The notes beneath the pieces were generated by a model, which saw nothing but the letters and a program-made list of their open reading frames with translations, was not told the origin of the DNA and did no database searches. 64,000 nt of DNA from Thermodesulfobacteriota bacterium (GTDB lineage Bacteria; Desulfobacterota; Desulfobacteria; Desulfobacterales; C00003060), in the NCBI GenBank assembly GCA_034189385.1, contig JAXHVD010000020.1, positions 1 to 64,000 on the forward strand, written 5' to 3'. Below are positions 51,301-62,540 of the stretch, in pieces. The position numbers and the translations under genes were made by a program. Numbering within the stretch: the first letter of the stretch is position 1; the number at the start of each line of letters is the position of its first letter.

Positions 51301-51910
51301 TTTCTTTATCACTGGTCATCCTCTGGCCAGACACGAGGCCTTAATAAGAAAGTTTGCCAACACGGACACCTTGAAGGTTCGGGAGCTTTCAGACGGTGCC
51401 GTTGTACGCCTTGGTGGACTGGTGAGGGATTACAAACACTACAACGATAGAAAGGGCGACCGTATGGCATTTGTAACCGTTGAAGATTTAAGCGGTTTTG
51501 CCGAGGTCACCCTTTTTTCGTCGCTCTATGCAAGTGTATCCGGTCTTATTGAAAAGGATAGGGCGATTTTTATAGAAGGCCGTGTAACGAGAGACGAGAA
51601 GTCCGCTAAGATCCTTGGCGAGTCGGTCATTCCAATAGAAATGGCTGAAGAGACGTGGACGACGAGTATCCGTCTGAACCTGGACGTCACAGGTCTTGAC
51701 AAAGACATCCTTCAACAACTCCATGACATACTAGACAACCACAAGGGGACTTGCAGCGCCTATCTCCATCTGCGGATGCCTCACAGAACGGAGACCATTA
51801 TTGCCCTGCCGGACCATATGAGACTCAGGACGGGCAGAAGGCTCACGGAGGCCATCAAGGGCTTATTGGGCGATGACGCACTGGAGACAGTATGTCAGCG
51901 GCAGGGTTGA
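48389..51910 (+). CDS. dnaE: DNA polymerase III alpha subunit
   Basis: PHP domain HLHIHTQYS, GPGRGSAAGS, PDIDVDF, GFNKAHS, OB fold. Confidence 0.98.
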
Positions 51911-51970
51911 GCCGTCTGGCAGGTGGACCGGTCAATGGAGTCATGAGGCCGGCGGGCCTTTGGGTGAACG

Positions 51971-52708
51971 ATGACGACAAGGGGCTATGAGGATCGGACT
52001 TACCGCAGTCTTGTCACAGATGATAGACTTGAGTCCTTTCGCGTGGTCGTCAAGGAGACGGATCTGCTGGTGAGGGCCCAGAGGCCTCTTGTGACGGAAA
52101 CCAGGGATTTGGTCCTGAAGCATAGACTGCCCCTGGAACGGTACATGGCCGATCATCCAGAGTTTGTAAACCAGCTTACACCATGTCCCTGTGATTCCAT
52201 TGCACCCCCTATTGTCAAGACCATGGTTGGGGCCGGTCAGAAGGCCGGCATAGGGCCTATGGGCGCCGTGGCAGGGACGGTGGCCGAGTATGTGGGAAAA
52301 GATCTTTTGGACTACAGCACAGATGTGATCGTTGAAAATGGGGGGGACCTCTTCATCAAGACGGATTTTCCGCTCACTGTGGCCATCTTGGCCGGAGCTT
52401 CTCCGTTGAGTGGTAAGATTGGCGTGTGTGTCCACTCAGAGCAAAGCCCTGTGGGGGTCTGCACCTCTTCGGGCACCGTGGGACATTCCTTGAGTTTTGG
52501 CAGAGCCGATGCGGCAGTGGCGATTTCGGAGTCCGCCGCCGTGGCAGATGCGGCTGCCACGGCCATCGGGAACGTGGTCTCGAATAAGGCGGCCATTTCA
52601 GATGCCATGGATTTTGGCGGGAGCATCCAAGGAGTCTCGGGGGTTGTAGTCGTGGTGGAAGACAAAATGGGGATATGGGGTGATGTGGAGTTGGTGAGGC
52701 TTGGTTAG
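51971..52708 (+). CDS. UPF0280 / ApbE-superfamily protein
   Basis: GPMGAVAG, VENGGD, CTSSGTVGHSLSFG, ADAAAT. Confidence 0.9.
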   Translation: MTTRGYEDRTYRSLVTDDRLESFRVVVKETDLLVRAQRPLVTETRDLVLKHRLPLERYMADHPEFVNQLTPCPCDSIAPPIVKTMVGAGQKAGIGPMGAVAGTVAEYVGKDLLDYSTDVIVENGGDLFIKTDFPLTVAILAGASPLSGKIGVCVHSEQSPVGVCTSSGTVGHSLSFGRADAAVAISESAAVADAAATAIGNVVSNKAAISDAMDFGGSIQGVSGVVVVVEDKMGIWGDVELVRLG

Positions 52709-52970
52709 TGGCGGATCAAACGACGGTTGTTTGGGCCGAATCCCGCCTTGAAGAAGTGTTGATTTAGGGGAAAGGCCATTCAAAGGCCAACATGGTGGCC
52801 CTTACGGAGTGTTCTGAAGACGACGGCTTTTGGTTGATGCAGAGTGAGCTTATGAAAAGGGCTTGTCTTTTCAGGTGAGCCTGATATCGTCTCGTGAAAC
52901 TGGGATGTTACCCATTGCCTTGCGGGGCGGAGGATTGGTTCAGAAGTCTTAAGGGCAATAGGATCAAGTT

Positions 52971-53456
52971 GTGAAGACACTGTGGGCGCCGTGGCGCTTG
53001 GAGCACATTCTGGACAAAAGGGAGAAGGAGTGTATTTTTTGTCATGGCCTATCCAATGACGGGAAGCTTACCCTATACAACGGATCTTTGTCCATGGTCA
53101 TGATGAACAAGTATCCATATACCAACGGTCACATGTTGGTTGCACCGAAAAGACACGTAGCCTCCTTAGAAGATCTGAGTGTTGAAGAGATGGCCGACCT
53201 TCTGAGAATGGTTAGAGATTCAGTGGGGATCTTAAAAAAGGTGATGAACCCAGACGGGTTCAATGTGGGGCTGAATCTTGGTGCAATGGCCGGGGCAGGG
53301 GTTGAAGAGCATCTGCACCTGCATATCGTGCCACGCTGGCACGGAGACACGAATGTCATGACGGTCTTGGCCGACGTGCGTGTGATTTCGGAGCATCTAG
53401 AGGTGACCTGCCGAAATCTCAGGCCCCATTTTGAAATCCTTGAATCCGCTGGCTGA
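52971..53456 (+). CDS. HIT-family hydrolase
   Basis: LWAPWR, CIFC, PYTNGH, HLHLHIVPRW. Confidence 0.93.
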   Translation: MKTLWAPWRLEHILDKREKECIFCHGLSNDGKLTLYNGSLSMVMMNKYPYTNGHMLVAPKRHVASLEDLSVEEMADLLRMVRDSVGILKKVMNPDGFNVGLNLGAMAGAGVEEHLHLHIVPRWHGDTNVMTVLADVRVISEHLEVTCRNLRPHFEILESAG

Positions 53457-53478
53457 AATAGTGTAAGGAGAGTTTGAG

Positions 53479-53823
53479 ATGAAATCTTTAAAGCCCGTGT
53501 TGTTCTTTATGGTGGTCATCCTTTTTGCAGTCGTAGTAGTGCAAAACTCCGAAGTGTTCATGGAGAGAAAGGCTATGGGACTGAATCTGTGGGTCTGGAG
53601 CGGCGAAACCCAACCTATTCCACTTTCAGTCTACTTTCTGGGGTTTTTCCTCGTGGGGCTCCTTATTTCATATTTCTACGGATTGGGCGAACGGTTTCGG
53701 GCAAAGAAGACGATACAGAATCATCTTCAGACTATCGGCAAGCAAGAAGAGGAGATCAAGGTCCTAAAGAGCCTGCCCATTGCAGAAGAAGAAACTCCCC
53801 AAGAACAAAGTGAAGCTGTCTAG
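53479..53823 (+). CDS. LapA (DUF1049)-like membrane protein
   Basis: TM-QN-beta-TM followed by a coiled coil. Confidence 0.7.
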   Translation: MKSLKPVLFFMVVILFAVVVVQNSEVFMERKAMGLNLWVWSGETQPIPLSVYFLGFFLVGLLISYFYGLGERFRAKKTIQNHLQTIGKQEEEIKVLKSLPIAEEETPQEQSEAV

Positions 53824-53885
53824 TCGGCGCCGGAAATTCATTTAAATTTGTCAACCCTTCCCTCTTAGAAGGCCTCTTTCGTTAG

Positions 53886-56507
53886 ATGGTTAAAGCCACC
53901 CCGATGGTACAGCAGTATCTGTCCATCAAAGCACAATATCCAGATGCCATCTTGTTTTTTCGGATGGGCGACTTTTACGAGATGTTCTTTGAAGATGCCA
54001 AGATCGCGTCTCGTATCCTTGAAATTGCCCTCACCTCCCGTAACAAAAAGGATCAAGACCCCATTCCCATGTGTGGTATCCCTTTTCATGCTGCCAGGGC
54101 CTATATCGCTCCGTTGATCGAACATGGACTGAAGGTGGCTATTTGCGAGCAGGTGGAAGACCCTGCTACGGCCAAAGGGCTGGTGAAAAGAGATGTGGTT
54201 CGAGTCATTACGCCAGGGGTACTCCTTGAGACTGAGATCCTTGATGGGAAATCAAACAATTTCCTCATGGCCCTTTGTCTCAGGCAGGGGCGCTTCGGTA
54301 TCGCCCATCTGGACGTATCCACTGGCACATTCAAGGTGACAGAATCAGACCAAGAGGAAGCGGTGTTGGACGAATGCAGCCGCATAGAACCCAAAGAGAC
54401 CCTTGTGGCAGAGGCTCAGCGTGAAGACGGACTCATCCAGGCTTTGATAGAGAGGGTTGGCCAGCGGACTGTGAACTTCGTCAAAGATGAGACCTTTGAT
54501 GTGGAGCTGGCCCGGAGGCGGCTTCTTGGACAGTTTCAAACCCACTCGTTGGAGGGGTTCGGATGCCATGGGTGGCCGGCGGGCATTGGTGCGGCCGGTG
54601 CCTTGTTGCGGTACGTAGATGAGGCCCACAAGGGAGAGCTTTCCCATGTAACAGGGATGGTGTCATATAGCCTTTCTGATTTCATGGTCATAGACGAGAC
54701 CACCAAAAGGAACCTGGAACTTTTTGAAACCATGCGTACGAGAGCAAAACGTGGCTCCTTACTTGGCACCTTGGACCACACGATGACGGCCATGGGTGGC
54801 CGGATGTTGCGTGGGTGGCTGCAGTATCCTCTCATCGATGCCGAGCGCATTCGGAAGAGATTGGAGGCGGTCGGAGAGGCTAAGGAGAGACTCCCCAGGC
54901 GTCCGCTCAGAAAGGTGCTGGGCGAGATTCATGACCTTGAACGCCTAAACGGTAAGATTGCCCTTGACCGGTGCAACGCCAGGGATTTGTTGGCACTGAA
55001 GACTTCGATTCAAGAACTCCCTCGTCTTTTGTCTTTGATCCAAGGGGGGCGTGCAGGAGGGATTTTTTCAAAGATCGTGGAGGGGTGGGATGACCTTACC
55101 GATATCGGAGACTTGATTGACGAAGCCATTTGTGACGAGGCCCCCCTCACGCTCAGGGAAGGTGGGCTCATCAAGGCTGGCTTTGATGAGGACCTTGATG
55201 CACTGATGCTCATCAGCAAGGAAGGTAAGGATTGGATTGCCCGTTTGGAAGCCGAAGAACGGCAGGCCACGGGGATTCACTCACTGAAGGTTGGGTTCAA
55301 TAAGGTTTTCGGGTACTATATTGAGGTCTCCAAGACCCATGTCAAATCAGTTCCGACACACTACGTTCGGAAGCAAACCTTAGTCAATGGAGAGCGTTAC
55401 ATTACCGAGGACCTTAAGGCCCATGAGTCCAAGGTCCTTGGCGCTGAGGAGAAACGGGCACAACTGGAATACGAGCTGTTTTGCGCAGTGCGGGAAAGGG
55501 TGGCCCAAGGTAATCGTCGTATTGGCAAGATGGCTGAGTTCGTTGCCCTGGTGGATGTCCTGGTTGCTTTGGGCGAAGTGGCCGACCAGCAGGGCCATAC
55601 CAAACCGGTTATCCACGAAGAGGGCAGCCTCTTCTTGAAGCAGAGTCGTCACCCGGTTGTTGAGCAGTTGATGACATCGGAACGCTTTGTTCCAAACACC
55701 ATTGCGATGGATAACACCTCTCGACAAGTGCTCATCATTACAGGCCCTAACATGGCAGGGAAATCAACGGTTCTCCGGCAGGTGGCACTGATGGTATTGA
55801 TGGCCCAAATGGGGGCCTTTGTCCCCGCAGAAGAAGCGTCCATAGGGGTTGTGGATCGGATTTTCACTCGTGTCGGCGCATCGGATAACCTGGCCCAAGG
55901 TCAAAGCACGTTCATGGTTGAGATGCAGGAGACCGCCAATATCTTGAACAGTGCCACAGAGAAAAGCCTTGTTGTCTTGGACGAAATCGGAAGAGGGACG
56001 AGTACCTTTGATGGGCTGAGCATTGCGTGGGCCATAGCTGAATTCCTTCACGACTGGAAGGAACGTGGGATTAAGACCCTTTTTGCCACCCACTATCACG
56101 AGTTGACAGACTTGGCGGTCACGAAAGCGCGTGTCAAGAACTACAATGTTGCCGTCAAGGAATGGAACGATGAGATCATCTTTTTGAGAAGACTGGTTGA
56201 GGGCGGGACGAACCGAAGCTACGGGATTCAGGTGGGACGCCTTGCCGGAATTCCTGCAAATGTGCTGGACAGGGCCAAGGAAATATTGAAAAATATTGAA
56301 GCAGGTGAATTCGACGGGGTAGGTGTGCCGTACCTGGGTCGTTCCAAAAGGACGAGTGACGGGGCCGCAGATGTACAGCTGGCTCTCTTTGGCACTTCCC
56401 ATGATCCTGTCGTCAATCGTTTAAGAGGGCTGGATGTGGACACCATGACACCACTTGAAGCATTGAATCAGCTCCACGAACTAAAAGGGCTTCTCGGGGA
56501 CTCATGA
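53886..56507 (+). CDS. mutS: DNA mismatch repair protein MutS
   Basis: FRMGDFYEMF, TGPNMAGKST, STFMVEM, DEIGRGT, FATHY. Confidence 0.98.
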   Translation: MVKATPMVQQYLSIKAQYPDAILFFRMGDFYEMFFEDAKIASRILEIALTSRNKKDQDPIPMCGIPFHAARAYIAPLIEHGLKVAICEQVEDPATAKGLVKRDVVRVITPGVLLETEILDGKSNNFLMALCLRQGRFGIAHLDVSTGTFKVTESDQEEAVLDECSRIEPKETLVAEAQREDGLIQALIERVGQRTVNFVKDETFDVELARRRLLGQFQTHSLEGFGCHGWPAGIGAAGALLRYVDEAHKGELSHVTGMVSYSLSDFMVIDETTKRNLELFETMRTRAKRGSLLGTLDHTMTAMGGRMLRGWLQYPLIDAERIRKRLEAVGEAKERLPRRPLRKVLGEIHDLERLNGKIALDRCNARDLLALKTSIQELPRLLSLIQGGRAGGIFSKIVEGWDDLTDIGDLIDEAICDEAPLTLREGGLIKAGFDEDLDALMLISKEGKDWIARLEAEERQATGIHSLKVGFNKVFGYYIEVSKTHVKSVPTHYVRKQTLVNGERYITEDLKAHESKVLGAEEKRAQLEYELFCAVRERVAQGNRRIGKMAEFVALVDVLVALGEVADQQGHTKPVIHEEGSLFLKQSRHPVVEQLMTSERFVPNTIAMDNTSRQVLIITGPNMAGKSTVLRQVALMVLMAQMGAFVPAEEASIGVVDRIFTRVGASDNLAQGQSTFMVEMQETANILNSATEKSLVVLDEIGRGTSTFDGLSIAWAIAEFLHDWKERGIKTLFATHYHELTDLAVTKARVKNYNVAVKEWNDEIIFLRRLVEGGTNRSYGIQVGRLAGIPANVLDRAKEILKNIEAGEFDGVGVPYLGRSKRTSDGAADVQLALFGTSHDPVVNRLRGLDVDTMTPLEALNQLHELKGLLGDS

Positions 56508-58381
56508 GCCGTGAAGAGGGCATAGAGGGGCTGGATACCGGTCAGAAGATGCTCCCTTTTTCTAGGAGACTGTGGCCCTTTCTGAAGGGCTGGCATCACT
56601 TCCGTTTGGGGCCGCTGTTGTTTTCACTGCTGATTCTTCTTCTCTCTGGGCCTGCTGCGGCCGTGGCAGGCGAAGATGGGTATAGAGCGGCCGAGCTGGC
56701 CTTCCAGCAGTTCTTGAAAGATCCTCACAAGCAGAAGGACCGACTCAACTGGATCTTGTGCATCGACAGGTTCCGTTCGATCTATAGGGCCCGTCCTGCC
56801 GGTCCTCAAGCAGATGACGCCCTCTTTATGACTGGGCGCGTCTATTCGGAACTATACAAATCATTTTCCGAGCCTGGCGACAGACAGGAGGCCCTTGATT
56901 ACTATTCACGGCTGCTGAAGCGCTTTCCTCGCAGCCCTTACCGTTCTGAGGCCAGCAAGGCCATTGCCGAGTTGGATGAGGGCACCAAGACTGGCTCTCC
57001 TGAGGTAGACCAGGCGCCAAGCATTGTCCCCTCTAAAGAGGGTGGAACAGAAGCCCATCCCTGTGCGGCAGCGCCTGACAAGCCAGTTGTGGAGAAGAGT
57101 CCCAAGCCGCCAGTAGGGTCGGTAGGTGAGGCGCGCAAACCGCCCCCAGGAGATGTGACAGACCCCAGTGCCCTAGTAGAAGCGGGGGAAAAACCTGTTG
57201 GTGAAGGGGTCGTTGAGCCTCAAAAGGGGGGGCTGAGCGAGGTGACCAACCTGCGGTTTTGGTCTAATCCAAGTTACACGCGTGTGGTTATTGATGTGGA
57301 CGGGGAAGTCCCGTACATCCATCGCCTGTTGAGAAAAGACCCCGCCATGGGCAAACCTCAACGCCTTTACGTTGATCTTGGCCATGCCCGTATGGGGGCC
57401 AACCTTAAACCGATTGTCCCTATCGGCGATGACCTGCTGAGTGACGCCCGAGCCGGCCAATACACACGAGATACGGTTCGGGTGGTATTAGACATCAAGT
57501 CTATCGACGACTTCAACATTTTCTCCTTGAGGAACCCCTTCCGGATTGTGCTCGATATCAACGGCATGCCAAAGAAGGGACCCAGAAAAAGGCCCTCTAA
57601 AGACGAGGAGGAGCAGCCAAGTGGGAAGATTCCCGATGGGGCCTTGGCGAAACAGCTGGCCCTTGGCGTGAGGCGGATCGTTATCGACCCGGGTCATGGT
57701 GGCAAGGATTGCGGGGCTATCGGATACGACAAGGCTGTCATGGAAAAGAACGTGACTTTGGAGGTTTCCAAGAGACTGGCTAGAAAGATCAGGAAGAGGA
57801 TAGGGTGCGAGGCTATTCTGACCAGGGATCGAGACGTGTTTCTTTCCCTTGAAGAACGAACGGCCATAGCCAACACAACCAATGGAGACATCTTTGTCTC
57901 TATACATGCCAACGCCCACAGGAGCAGAAAAGTCCATGGCGTAGAGACCTATCTGTTAAACTTGGCCACCGATAGGGAGGCTATTATGGTGGCTGCCAGG
58001 GAGAATGCCACGTCGACTAAGAATATCAGTGATCTTGAGACAATCCTCAACGAATTGATGAAAAATGCCAAAGTGAATGAATCGAGCCGTCTGGCCAGAA
58101 AGGTCCAACAGGCCATGGTCAAGGAATTAAAGGGAAAGTACAAGAAAATTAAGGACAACGGTGTGAAGCAGGCCCCGTTTTATGTGCTCTTGGGGGCTGA
58201 GATGCCCTCCATATTGGTGGAGGTCGCTTTTATCAGCAACCCTGAAGAGTGCCGTCGGTTAAATACTGCTAGTTACCAGGAAGACGTCGTCGACGGCATC
58301 GTGACAGGGATTGAAGAGTACATTAGTGAGATAAGTCCTGCTGTCCTCACCAGGGCCGCGACCGTTCAGGCCCAGAGGTAG
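56504..58381 (+). CDS. N-acetylmuramoyl-L-alanine amidase (TPR-like + Pro-rich linker + AMIN + Amidase_3)
   Basis: IDPGHGGKD, EK, SIHAN, ILVEVAFISN; AMIN-type TRVVID/RIVLDI. Confidence 0.93.
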   Translation: MSREEGIEGLDTGQKMLPFSRRLWPFLKGWHHFRLGPLLFSLLILLLSGPAAAVAGEDGYRAAELAFQQFLKDPHKQKDRLNWILCIDRFRSIYRARPAGPQADDALFMTGRVYSELYKSFSEPGDRQEALDYYSRLLKRFPRSPYRSEASKAIAELDEGTKTGSPEVDQAPSIVPSKEGGTEAHPCAAAPDKPVVEKSPKPPVGSVGEARKPPPGDVTDPSALVEAGEKPVGEGVVEPQKGGLSEVTNLRFWSNPSYTRVVIDVDGEVPYIHRLLRKDPAMGKPQRLYVDLGHARMGANLKPIVPIGDDLLSDARAGQYTRDTVRVVLDIKSIDDFNIFSLRNPFRIVLDINGMPKKGPRKRPSKDEEEQPSGKIPDGALAKQLALGVRRIVIDPGHGGKDCGAIGYDKAVMEKNVTLEVSKRLARKIRKRIGCEAILTRDRDVFLSLEERTAIANTTNGDIFVSIHANAHRSRKVHGVETYLLNLATDREAIMVAARENATSTKNISDLETILNELMKNAKVNESSRLARKVQQAMVKELKGKYKKIKDNGVKQAPFYVLLGAEMPSILVEVAFISNPEECRRLNTASYQEDVVDGIVTGIEEYISEISPAVLTRAATVQAQR

Positions 58382-58409
58382 CACTGGATAAAGGCGCCAG
58401 CTGAAAAGA

Positions 58410-59420
58410 TTACTCGGCCTTTGAAAAGGCCTCAAGGGCTTCTTGTTGAAGTAGATGGGGACACTGGCCGTAGCGGGGCGAGAAATGGAATAAGGTAAAA
58501 CGCTTGACCCCCGCCTTTTTGGCAAGAGTGCCCGCTTGTCCTGCCGTCAGGTGATACTTCTCACGTGCCAGATCGGCTTGCGCATCTAGAAAGGCTGCCT
58601 CGATAAAGAGGTGATCTGCATGATGGGAAAACCTAATGATTTTCTCGGCATTTTCTGAACTAAAAACAACGTCAACAATGTAGACAATCTTCTGGCCCCG
58701 TGTGACGCGGGCAATTTGCTGTGCAAGGTCAGCCAGAGTAAAGTTGGCCTTTTTGGTCCTGCCCTTGTCTTTCCACGTGATTTCAAACTCCCTTTCTAGG
58801 TCTTGCCTTTCGTACAGTGCTTGTTTGAATCTTCTCAACCAGGGGCCTACGGGTATGTTAAGACGCTTCAGACGGTCCTTCATGATGTTGATGTGGCATC
58901 TCTCTTTTAGCATGAAGGCCAAGCAGGGGATTTGGTGGTCCAGATGGATGGTGTGGACCGAAAAGGCAGGTTCTTTGACAAGAATGCCATCAAAGGGGGA
59001 TTTGTGGGCCGATCCGATGGGCCGGAAAGCATTTCTCCTGGGGTACACTTGGGTCAGGGCATGGTCTGTGTGAAGTTCCGTAGCGGTGAGGACAAGGCCA
59101 TCGGTATCATTTGTCACGAGGTTCCAAGTGTATCCGGCGAGTTTCCCTTCAATGTTTTGGAGGAAATGGGCTGGGCCGAACAAATGAAGAGACTTTCTGC
59201 GGTCCAGAAAAAGGCGCAACAGCCTATCAAAGCCCGCAAAATGGTCCATATGTGTGTGCGTGACAAATCCGTGGGTTATTTTCAGAATCTCTCTGGGAGG
59301 AAGACGGTTCAAGTTGCCCATGTCGAACAGGAGGGCTCGTTTTTGAAAAAGGAATGGTATGAATAGGGCTGGATCTTGAAAGGGGTCGTTAACCAGTCTG
59401 GGAAGGTAGGTAGGCCTCAC
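58410..59420 (-). CDS. Metallo-beta-lactamase-fold hydrolase, RNase Z-like
   Basis: THTHMDH, DH, IEAAF, HLT, HFSPRY; GTG start overlapping the upstream stop. Confidence 0.85.
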   Translation of the reverse strand: MRPTYLPRLVNDPFQDPALFIPFLFQKRALLFDMGNLNRLPPREILKITHGFVTHTHMDHFAGFDRLLRLFLDRRKSLHLFGPAHFLQNIEGKLAGYTWNLVTNDTDGLVLTATELHTDHALTQVYPRRNAFRPIGSAHKSPFDGILVKEPAFSVHTIHLDHQIPCLAFMLKERCHINIMKDRLKRLNIPVGPWLRRFKQALYERQDLEREFEITWKDKGRTKKANFTLADLAQQIARVTRGQKIVYIVDVVFSSENAEKIIRFSHHADHLFIEAAFLDAQADLAREKYHLTAGQAGTLAKKAGVKRFTLFHFSPRYGQCPHLLQQEALEAFSKAE

Positions 59421-59839
59421 TGAAGGACGAATCTGGCGACCTGACGATTGATGCAATGGTAGATCTCTTCGTCAGAGCCGAACACATCTTCCACACTCCT
59501 GTGGTTGACAAGTTGCTCTACTACAAAGGTCGTCAGATAGAGGCTCACCACATTTGGCCGCGGTACAAGGTCCCTGATGGGGGCAACAGAGTAGTCGATC
59601 TCAAAATCGTCTGCATAGCTGAGCCTTTGAAGGGCCTCAGCAATCTGTTCTTCGATAAGTCCCTTGCTATTGGTTTCGATGAGTTTCTCTTCAATGAGCT
59701 TCATCGCTAAAGCATTGCTCAAAGGTTCCAGGACATTCTTGAGTTGCTCAATGACAAGGCGACGTTCCCGTTTCTTTGAGCTTTCAATCCTGGACAGGAT
59801 CTTTGCTTCGCGACTGCTTGGGCGGAATACTCTAGACAT
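59417..59839 (-). CDS. Hypothetical protein (possibly DUF507-related)
   Basis: Helical charged ORF starting MSRVFRP; translationally coupled to the downstream hydrolase. Confidence 0.65.
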   Translation of the reverse strand: MSRVFRPSSREAKILSRIESSKKRERRLVIEQLKNVLEPLSNALAMKLIEEKLIETNSKGLIEEQIAEALQRLSYADDFEIDYSVAPIRDLVPRPNVVSLYLTTFVVEQLVNHRSVEDVFGSDEEIYHCINRQVARFVLQ

Positions 59840-60109
59840 ACCGACAGGCGCCTCAAGTGTGACTTTGTGATGGCTCTTTTTTTTGCGGGGGAGGTGCGCC
59901 CCCCCATCGCAAGACACCACTTCGAACAAATACGACAGGTCCTTCCAAATTACAACAGAAAAACAGAAAAATATGAACTCATGGCCATGCCACGCGTCGG
60001 CTGTGGGTGACGCTGAGAGACCTTTGCACAACTCTTTCGAACGTTCTTGGCAAGCGCACACCCATTGGACTTGTTCAAAAAAACATACCAGACTTGCCAC
60101 AGGCAGGCA

Positions 60110-61831
60110 TCAGTGCATTACAGAATCCCTAACAATGAGTTGCAGATTTTTTCGGTCCTTCCAACGGTTCCAGCGAATGTGACAGGCCACATGATGAAAT
60201 TGGTCTGAAACACGTGTTTTGGCAACCCTGTTGAAGGCGATGGCCTGGAACGGTCTGGAAGTCCTATCCCCAGCAGGTACTAATTGCATTTGTGTGTGAC
60301 AGTCCCTTACGACACGGGTGGAGAGCACCTCCATGTCTGAAATCATAAAGAGGGGTTCTGGGTTTCCAGTTCCAAAAGGTGCCAGAGTCTCAAGCTCATC
60401 TGCGAGTTCGGGTGTTATCTCCGCCGGGGATATCTCCGTGTCGATGTCAAGTCTCGGTATAAAGTCCTCAGGTGCTGCCATCTCGCGCACCTGACTATCG
60501 AAAGCCCGACGGAAGGCCGGGATGTTTTCGGCCTTTAGTGTCAGACCTGCAGCCGACTCATGACCGCCGAACTTCTCCAGATGCTGGGCGCATCTTTCCA
60601 GGGCCTCAAAGAGATTAAAGCCCTTTGGGCTTCTGGCCGACCCCTTGCCCATGCCGTCTGTGACGGCAATCAGAACAACTGGTCGCATGTATTGGTGAAC
60701 AAGCCTGGATGCCACAATTCCGATCACGCCTTCATGCCATGTGGGGTTGTCCAATACAAGGGATCTCCCCAGAGTCTCGGAATCGGCTCCAAGATCCTGG
60801 ACGATATGGGAAAGGATTTGCCTTTCTATGTGTTGCCTTCTGGTGTTCTCATGATCAAGTTCGTGGGCGATGGTTTGGGCAATACGACTATTCGACGTGG
60901 TGAGAAGTTCACAGCCCATGGAGCCGTGGCGGAGTCTCCCAGCAGCGTTAAGTCGCGGGGCGAGCTTGAAAGCCACATCCCAGGTGTCAAGATGGCCATT
61001 GGTCACGTTGCAGACGTCTATGAGCGCCTTCATCCCAGGACGTGTAGCCGTGGCCAGGACTTCTAGGCCGGCCTTTACATAGATGCGGTTTTCCTGGAGA
61101 ATGGGAACCATGTCTGCCACAGTGCCGAGGGCCACCAGATCACACGAGGCCTTCAGGTTAGGTTCTGGCCGCGTTTTCCAGAAGCCCTCATCCCGAAGGC
61201 GCTTGCGGAGGGCCAGCGCCAGGTTAAAGGCTACGCCCACCCCAGCAAGGCAGGTAAGGCCAGAGGCACAGTCCGGCTGCTTGGGATTCAAGATCGCAAA
61301 GGCCTCAAGGGGCTGCTCACTGGGCTCATGGTGGTCGGTCACAATGACGTCAATGCCGCAGCAGCTTGCCTTTCGAACGGCTTCGTGGCTACTGATACCG
61401 CAATCTACGGTCACGATGAGCCCTATGTTACGGCCAACCGCTTGTCTTTCTACTGACTCGGGCGTAAGTCCATAGCCTTCGGTGAGGCGATCAGGGATGT
61501 AATAGGACACCTCTATACCCAGGAAGGCAAAGAGGTTGAAGAGAAGAGCTGTGCCGGTCATGCCGTCAGCATCGTAGTCGCCAAAAACGAGGACTTTTTC
61601 ACGGCGGTCAAGAGCGAGAAGGAGGCGGGCGACTGCCCGATCCATATCTTTCATGAGAAAAGGGGATCGCATATCGGAAAAGGAAGGCCTGAGAAAGGAT
61701 GCTGCCTCCTCTGGGGCACTGAGGCCACGGTTCACAAGGACCGCTGCAACAGGTCGGTGGCAACACAATTCCGTTACGAGACGGGAGACTTTGTCATGGT
61801 CCGGAGAATGGACACACCATCTTTTTTCCAT
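60110..61831 (-). CDS. recJ: Single-stranded-DNA exonuclease RecJ
   Basis: GDYDADG, TVDCG, TDHH, GTVAD, PRLNAAGR, GGH..AAG. Confidence 0.97.
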   Translation of the reverse strand: MEKRWCVHSPDHDKVSRLVTELCCHRPVAAVLVNRGLSAPEEAASFLRPSFSDMRSPFLMKDMDRAVARLLLALDRREKVLVFGDYDADGMTGTALLFNLFAFLGIEVSYYIPDRLTEGYGLTPESVERQAVGRNIGLIVTVDCGISSHEAVRKASCCGIDVIVTDHHEPSEQPLEAFAILNPKQPDCASGLTCLAGVGVAFNLALALRKRLRDEGFWKTRPEPNLKASCDLVALGTVADMVPILQENRIYVKAGLEVLATATRPGMKALIDVCNVTNGHLDTWDVAFKLAPRLNAAGRLRHGSMGCELLTTSNSRIAQTIAHELDHENTRRQHIERQILSHIVQDLGADSETLGRSLVLDNPTWHEGVIGIVASRLVHQYMRPVVLIAVTDGMGKGSARSPKGFNLFEALERCAQHLEKFGGHESAAGLTLKAENIPAFRRAFDSQVREMAAPEDFIPRLDIDTEISPAEITPELADELETLAPFGTGNPEPLFMISDMEVLSTRVVRDCHTQMQLVPAGDRTSRPFQAIAFNRVAKTRVSDQFHHVACHIRWNRWKDRKNLQLIVRDSVMH

Positions 61832-62084
61832 GGAGACCTGGTATAGCTTATAGGAGAGTTTTCCACAATACCGTTTTTCTCTCTGGGTCTGAGAGCCGGG
61901 AGGGCCACGCAGAGAACAAGCACCGAAAGGCTGTTTATTGCCTCTTTTTTCTTGATACCAGGTGGTCTCTAGCTCCATGGGCGGGAGATTGAGGTTGGGA
62001 CAGGTTCAGAGTCAAGGTTCGGGATTCTTTCATTTTTTTTAATTGAAAAGAAACAAGGGATGATGCTAGCATGGATGGAGAAAG

Positions 62085-62327
62085 ATGATCCCCCAATGTT
62101 CTATCGAAAAGTATTACCGGATAGACCGACGAGAGGTCTGGTACCTAAAATTTATCCTAGAGGGGTACCCTGGCGTGGCCATCATGAGGACCCTGGATCC
62201 ACAGCAAGGGTTGGTGGTTCTTCACGTGGGGCCCGGGTGTGAAGAGGAAGTCGACATGATTATCGATGATCTTCGAAAAGAGGTGCAGATTGAACGAGTG
62301 GAGATGGGCGAAAGGGAGGCCCCATGA
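62085..62327 (+). CDS. DUF4911-like small protein
   Basis: YLKFILEGYPGVAIMRTLD; upstream of miaB. Confidence 0.75.
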   Translation: MIPQCSIEKYYRIDRREVWYLKFILEGYPGVAIMRTLDPQQGLVVLHVGPGCEEEVDMIIDDLRKEVQIERVEMGEREAP

Positions 62328-62540
62328 GACCGGTGTGGCAGGTCAGTCTGTTGAGGCCTTTTTAGAACCCTTCTCGCTTGTTTGTATGAGGTTTTTGATT
62401 CGCCACGGCGAACCGCTCACAGCGGCTGGATGGGTTTGCCAAGAAGCTCATCATGGTCGCGCTAAGGAGTTATTTCGTCCCAGAAAACCTGGTCGTTTGG
62501 GCCAGGTCAGAGCAAACTGGCTCTGCCAAATATCGTTAAT